Origin: Octopus sinensis
Taxonomy: Eukaryota
NCBI RefSeq assembly: GCF_006345805.1
Contig: NC_043008.1
Span: forward strand, 75,082,001-75,146,000
DNA length: 64,000 nt
Direction of reading: 5' to 3'
Part shown: piece by piece, positions 62,990-64,000 of the stretch
Layout: the number at the start of each line of letters is the position of its first letter
How positions within the stretch are numbered: position 1 is the first letter of the stretch
Position numbers and translations under genes: made by a program
Notes under the pieces: model-generated
The model's input: the letters and a program-made list of their open reading frames with translations, nothing else
The model's database searches: none
Told to the model about the DNA's origin: nothing

Positions 62990-64000
62990 GTACACACATA
63001 TATGCTCACGTATAAAAGAAGTACACAAGTGGGGTCCAAATTTTAAACACAAAGACAGGTAGGGAAGAAAAACAGGAGATGACTAGCTCCCCAACTACAT
63101 ATTATTGGAACAAGTGAAAATTTTGAGAAATACAAAGGAATTTATAGAGGCAGCCGGTAAGATAAAAGAGAGCAACATTTCAAAAATTCCAGATATTTCA
63201 AATTGCTCTCGAACCCTTGGTCTACCAGAGGAAATGTATGTCACTAATTACCAACAAGGTTCAATGCACCCGAAATTTTTCAAAGTTAAATTTTATTCAA
63301 AGTACCGCTATTTCTTAGCTACATTATATATGGTATTAGGTCAATGAAGAATTACTGTTTCTAACAAATTTTAATTTAAAAGAAATACAGTTTACAGAAT
63401 ATATAACAAATTTTAGAATTTACAAAATTGGAATGTTCTTGGCAAATATGGATATTACAATTCTTATATGTAGTACGAGTTTTGCTGCCTTTTTTGAAGT
63501 CACACAAAGAAATCTTCCCTTTTGTTTTGGCTGAGGAATCTCAAATGAGGTTGAAGATCGTCTTCTTTTCTTGTTTGGTTGAGAAATGTCAGCGGAACTA
63601 GAAGATTGTTTGTCGTGTTCTTGTTTAGAATTATCTCCAGCAAGTTCCTTTCCTAACTGAATTAGGCACTGTCTTCTTTTATCCTTGAAACTTTTACAAG
63701 TGAAGCCGTTTGGCAACAATGAAAGCATTCACTGCACTTATATCAATCATGTTGTAGAATATAATCCTAGGCCATCTTCGAGTCATTCTTTTGCAAGTGT
63801 ATGCCCTTGCCATCTTATCCAGAGTATCTATTCCTCATTTTGTTTTGTTGTAGCATGTAATGACTTCAGGTTTCTTTTCAGCACTTTTTGAATCAATTGA
63901 AGGCTAAGTGTGACTGCATAGTTTTTCTTGGGACAATAAGATAGGATCATAGAATTCTTTTGAAATCCAAATATTGTGCTGTTGATTTCTCTTTCTTTTC
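62989..64000 (-). mobile_element. piggyBac transposon, 3' part (transposase pseudogene about 63380-64000 plus 3' terminus), truncated by the window edge
   Basis: MILSYCPKKN, KPEVITCYNKTK*GIDTLDKMARAYTCKRMTRRWPRIIFYNMIDISAVNAF, RRQCLIQLGKEL and the C-terminal KTRTTYKNCNIHICQEH Cys-rich domain. A premature TGA lies at 63838-63836 and there are frameshifts. Confidence 0.9.

Noticed and set aside
63105-63347. [15 protein letters not shown]... present three times (61074, 62406, 63105)
   Set aside because: It lies wholly within the repeated transposon terminal region, antisense to the transposase. There is no recognisable domain and the copies end differently.

Overview
AT-rich, microsatellite-dense eukaryotic DNA. 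The SINE, LINE and Penelope repertoire looks like an octopus genome (inference from repeat motifs, not a database hit). I could reconstruct one protein-coding gene by hand: a six-exon secreted S1A (trypsin-fold) serine protease on the minus strand (ATG 59631 to stop 30144; 780 nt, 259 aa). All splice sites are GT-AG, intron phases match and the His/Asp/Ser triad is intact. It has unusual features: Glu189/Gly216/Thr226 pocket, Phe225, an extra Cys25/Cys117 pair and a His-rich propeptide. The rest is mostly transposon debris: Penelope-like elements, a full-length but dead mariner, RTE, CR1 and R4/Dong LINEs, tRNA-derived SINEs, MITEs, a Helentron-type element and a piggyBac cluster. The best unexpected signals are (1) a hammerhead ribozyme with a complete canonical core and a long helix II at 61741-61851 (minus strand, about 2.1 kb upstream of the protease ATG), (2) a repeat family carrying a variant hammerhead-like core, (3) a roughly 960-bp palindrome made of two tail-to-tail piggyBac ends with non-canonical termini, and (4) a (TAA)n-delimited pile-up of R4/Dong LINEs in the 17-kb intron. 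Most supplied ORFs are microsatellite artefacts. Transposon and SINE boundaries are approximate unless a TIR or TSD is quoted.
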